Part shown: positions 63,431 to 64,000 of the stretch, one piece after another
Position numbering within the stretch: the first letter of the stretch is position 1
How the letters are laid out: every line of letters begins with the position of its first letter
Origin: Schmidtea polychroa
Taxonomy: Eukaryota
Length of the DNA: 64,000 nucleotides
Assembly (NCBI GenBank): GCA_044892525.1
Contig: CM097885.1
Span: 21,950,001 to 22,014,000 of the forward strand
Direction of reading: 5' to 3'
Translations under genes and position numbers: made by a program
Notes under the pieces: model-generated
Told to the model about the DNA's origin: nothing
The model's database searches: none
The model's input: only the letters and a program-made list of their open reading frames with translations

Positions 63431-64000
63431 TTAATAATAATAATAATAATAATTTTAATAATAATAATAATAATAATAACATTAATAATAATAATAATAA
63501 ACTTGTAACAAAACATTTAATTGGGGGTAGTTTCGAATAAAATTCATACTTTGTGAGTATTTTATAAATATTGAGGAAAACATTGTTTCTGCGAAATATC
63601 GTTATTTAGCAATTTCATTTCACATTTATATTCAATTTATATGCATGATAGAAAAACATGATTATTTTAGAAATCAATTCATAGATAAAACAAGATTATT
63701 TAAGGTATCTTTCAGTCAAATATTTAGGTAATATAGTATTTTTTAGTTAATTTATGAATATCTGTATTAGGATATATACAACAAATTAATCAATAAAGAT
63801 TGTAAATTCTTTTATATACTCAGAGTTTATCCGACAAGATATTTTGTCCCCCTATGGGTATTTGTCGTAAAGGTACTGGTCGCAAGGGTAATTAAGGCAC
63901 ATGTATATAAAATTTTAGGTAATTTAGTGAGAAATATTTGGGTAATATTTTAAATGTAACTTTATTCTTATTTCGAACGATTAATTTATTGATTAACTTT

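Overview
AT-rich eukaryotic (invertebrate-like) genomic DNA with short GT-AG introns and many transposons. Host genes: (1) the 3' 11 exons (~704 codons) of a long coiled-coil gene matching CEP112/CCDC46 (+, 4633-34636), whose 5' exons were not found in this window; (2) an intronless 368-aa putative secreted protein nested in one of its introns; (3) a compact two-exon RING+WWE E3 ligase, RNF146-like (+, 45869-46362). The most unusual structure is a 9.75-kb non-coding foldback element in the last CEP112 intron (19576-29327). It has Polinton/Maverick-type AGTAG...CTACT ends, a perfect 6-bp TSD (TACGCG) and ~3-3.6-kb inverted arms built from stacked satellites. A second element starting with AGTAG begins at 57885, is packed with TGACTCA, TCAAGGTCA and X-box-like motifs, and shares a cassette with the first. 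Two diverged ~5-6-kb TG...CA elements (37577-43347 and 48955-55408, opposite orientations) carry a homologous orphan ORF (E-x-TWF-x-P-xx-MK) but no recognisable RT, integrase or transposase; they may be giant solo LTRs. The rest is piggyBac, hAT, pogo/Tigger and Helitron remnants and MITEs (including a four-level nest) plus microsatellites. All family assignments are by eye and from recalled motifs; no database search was run.
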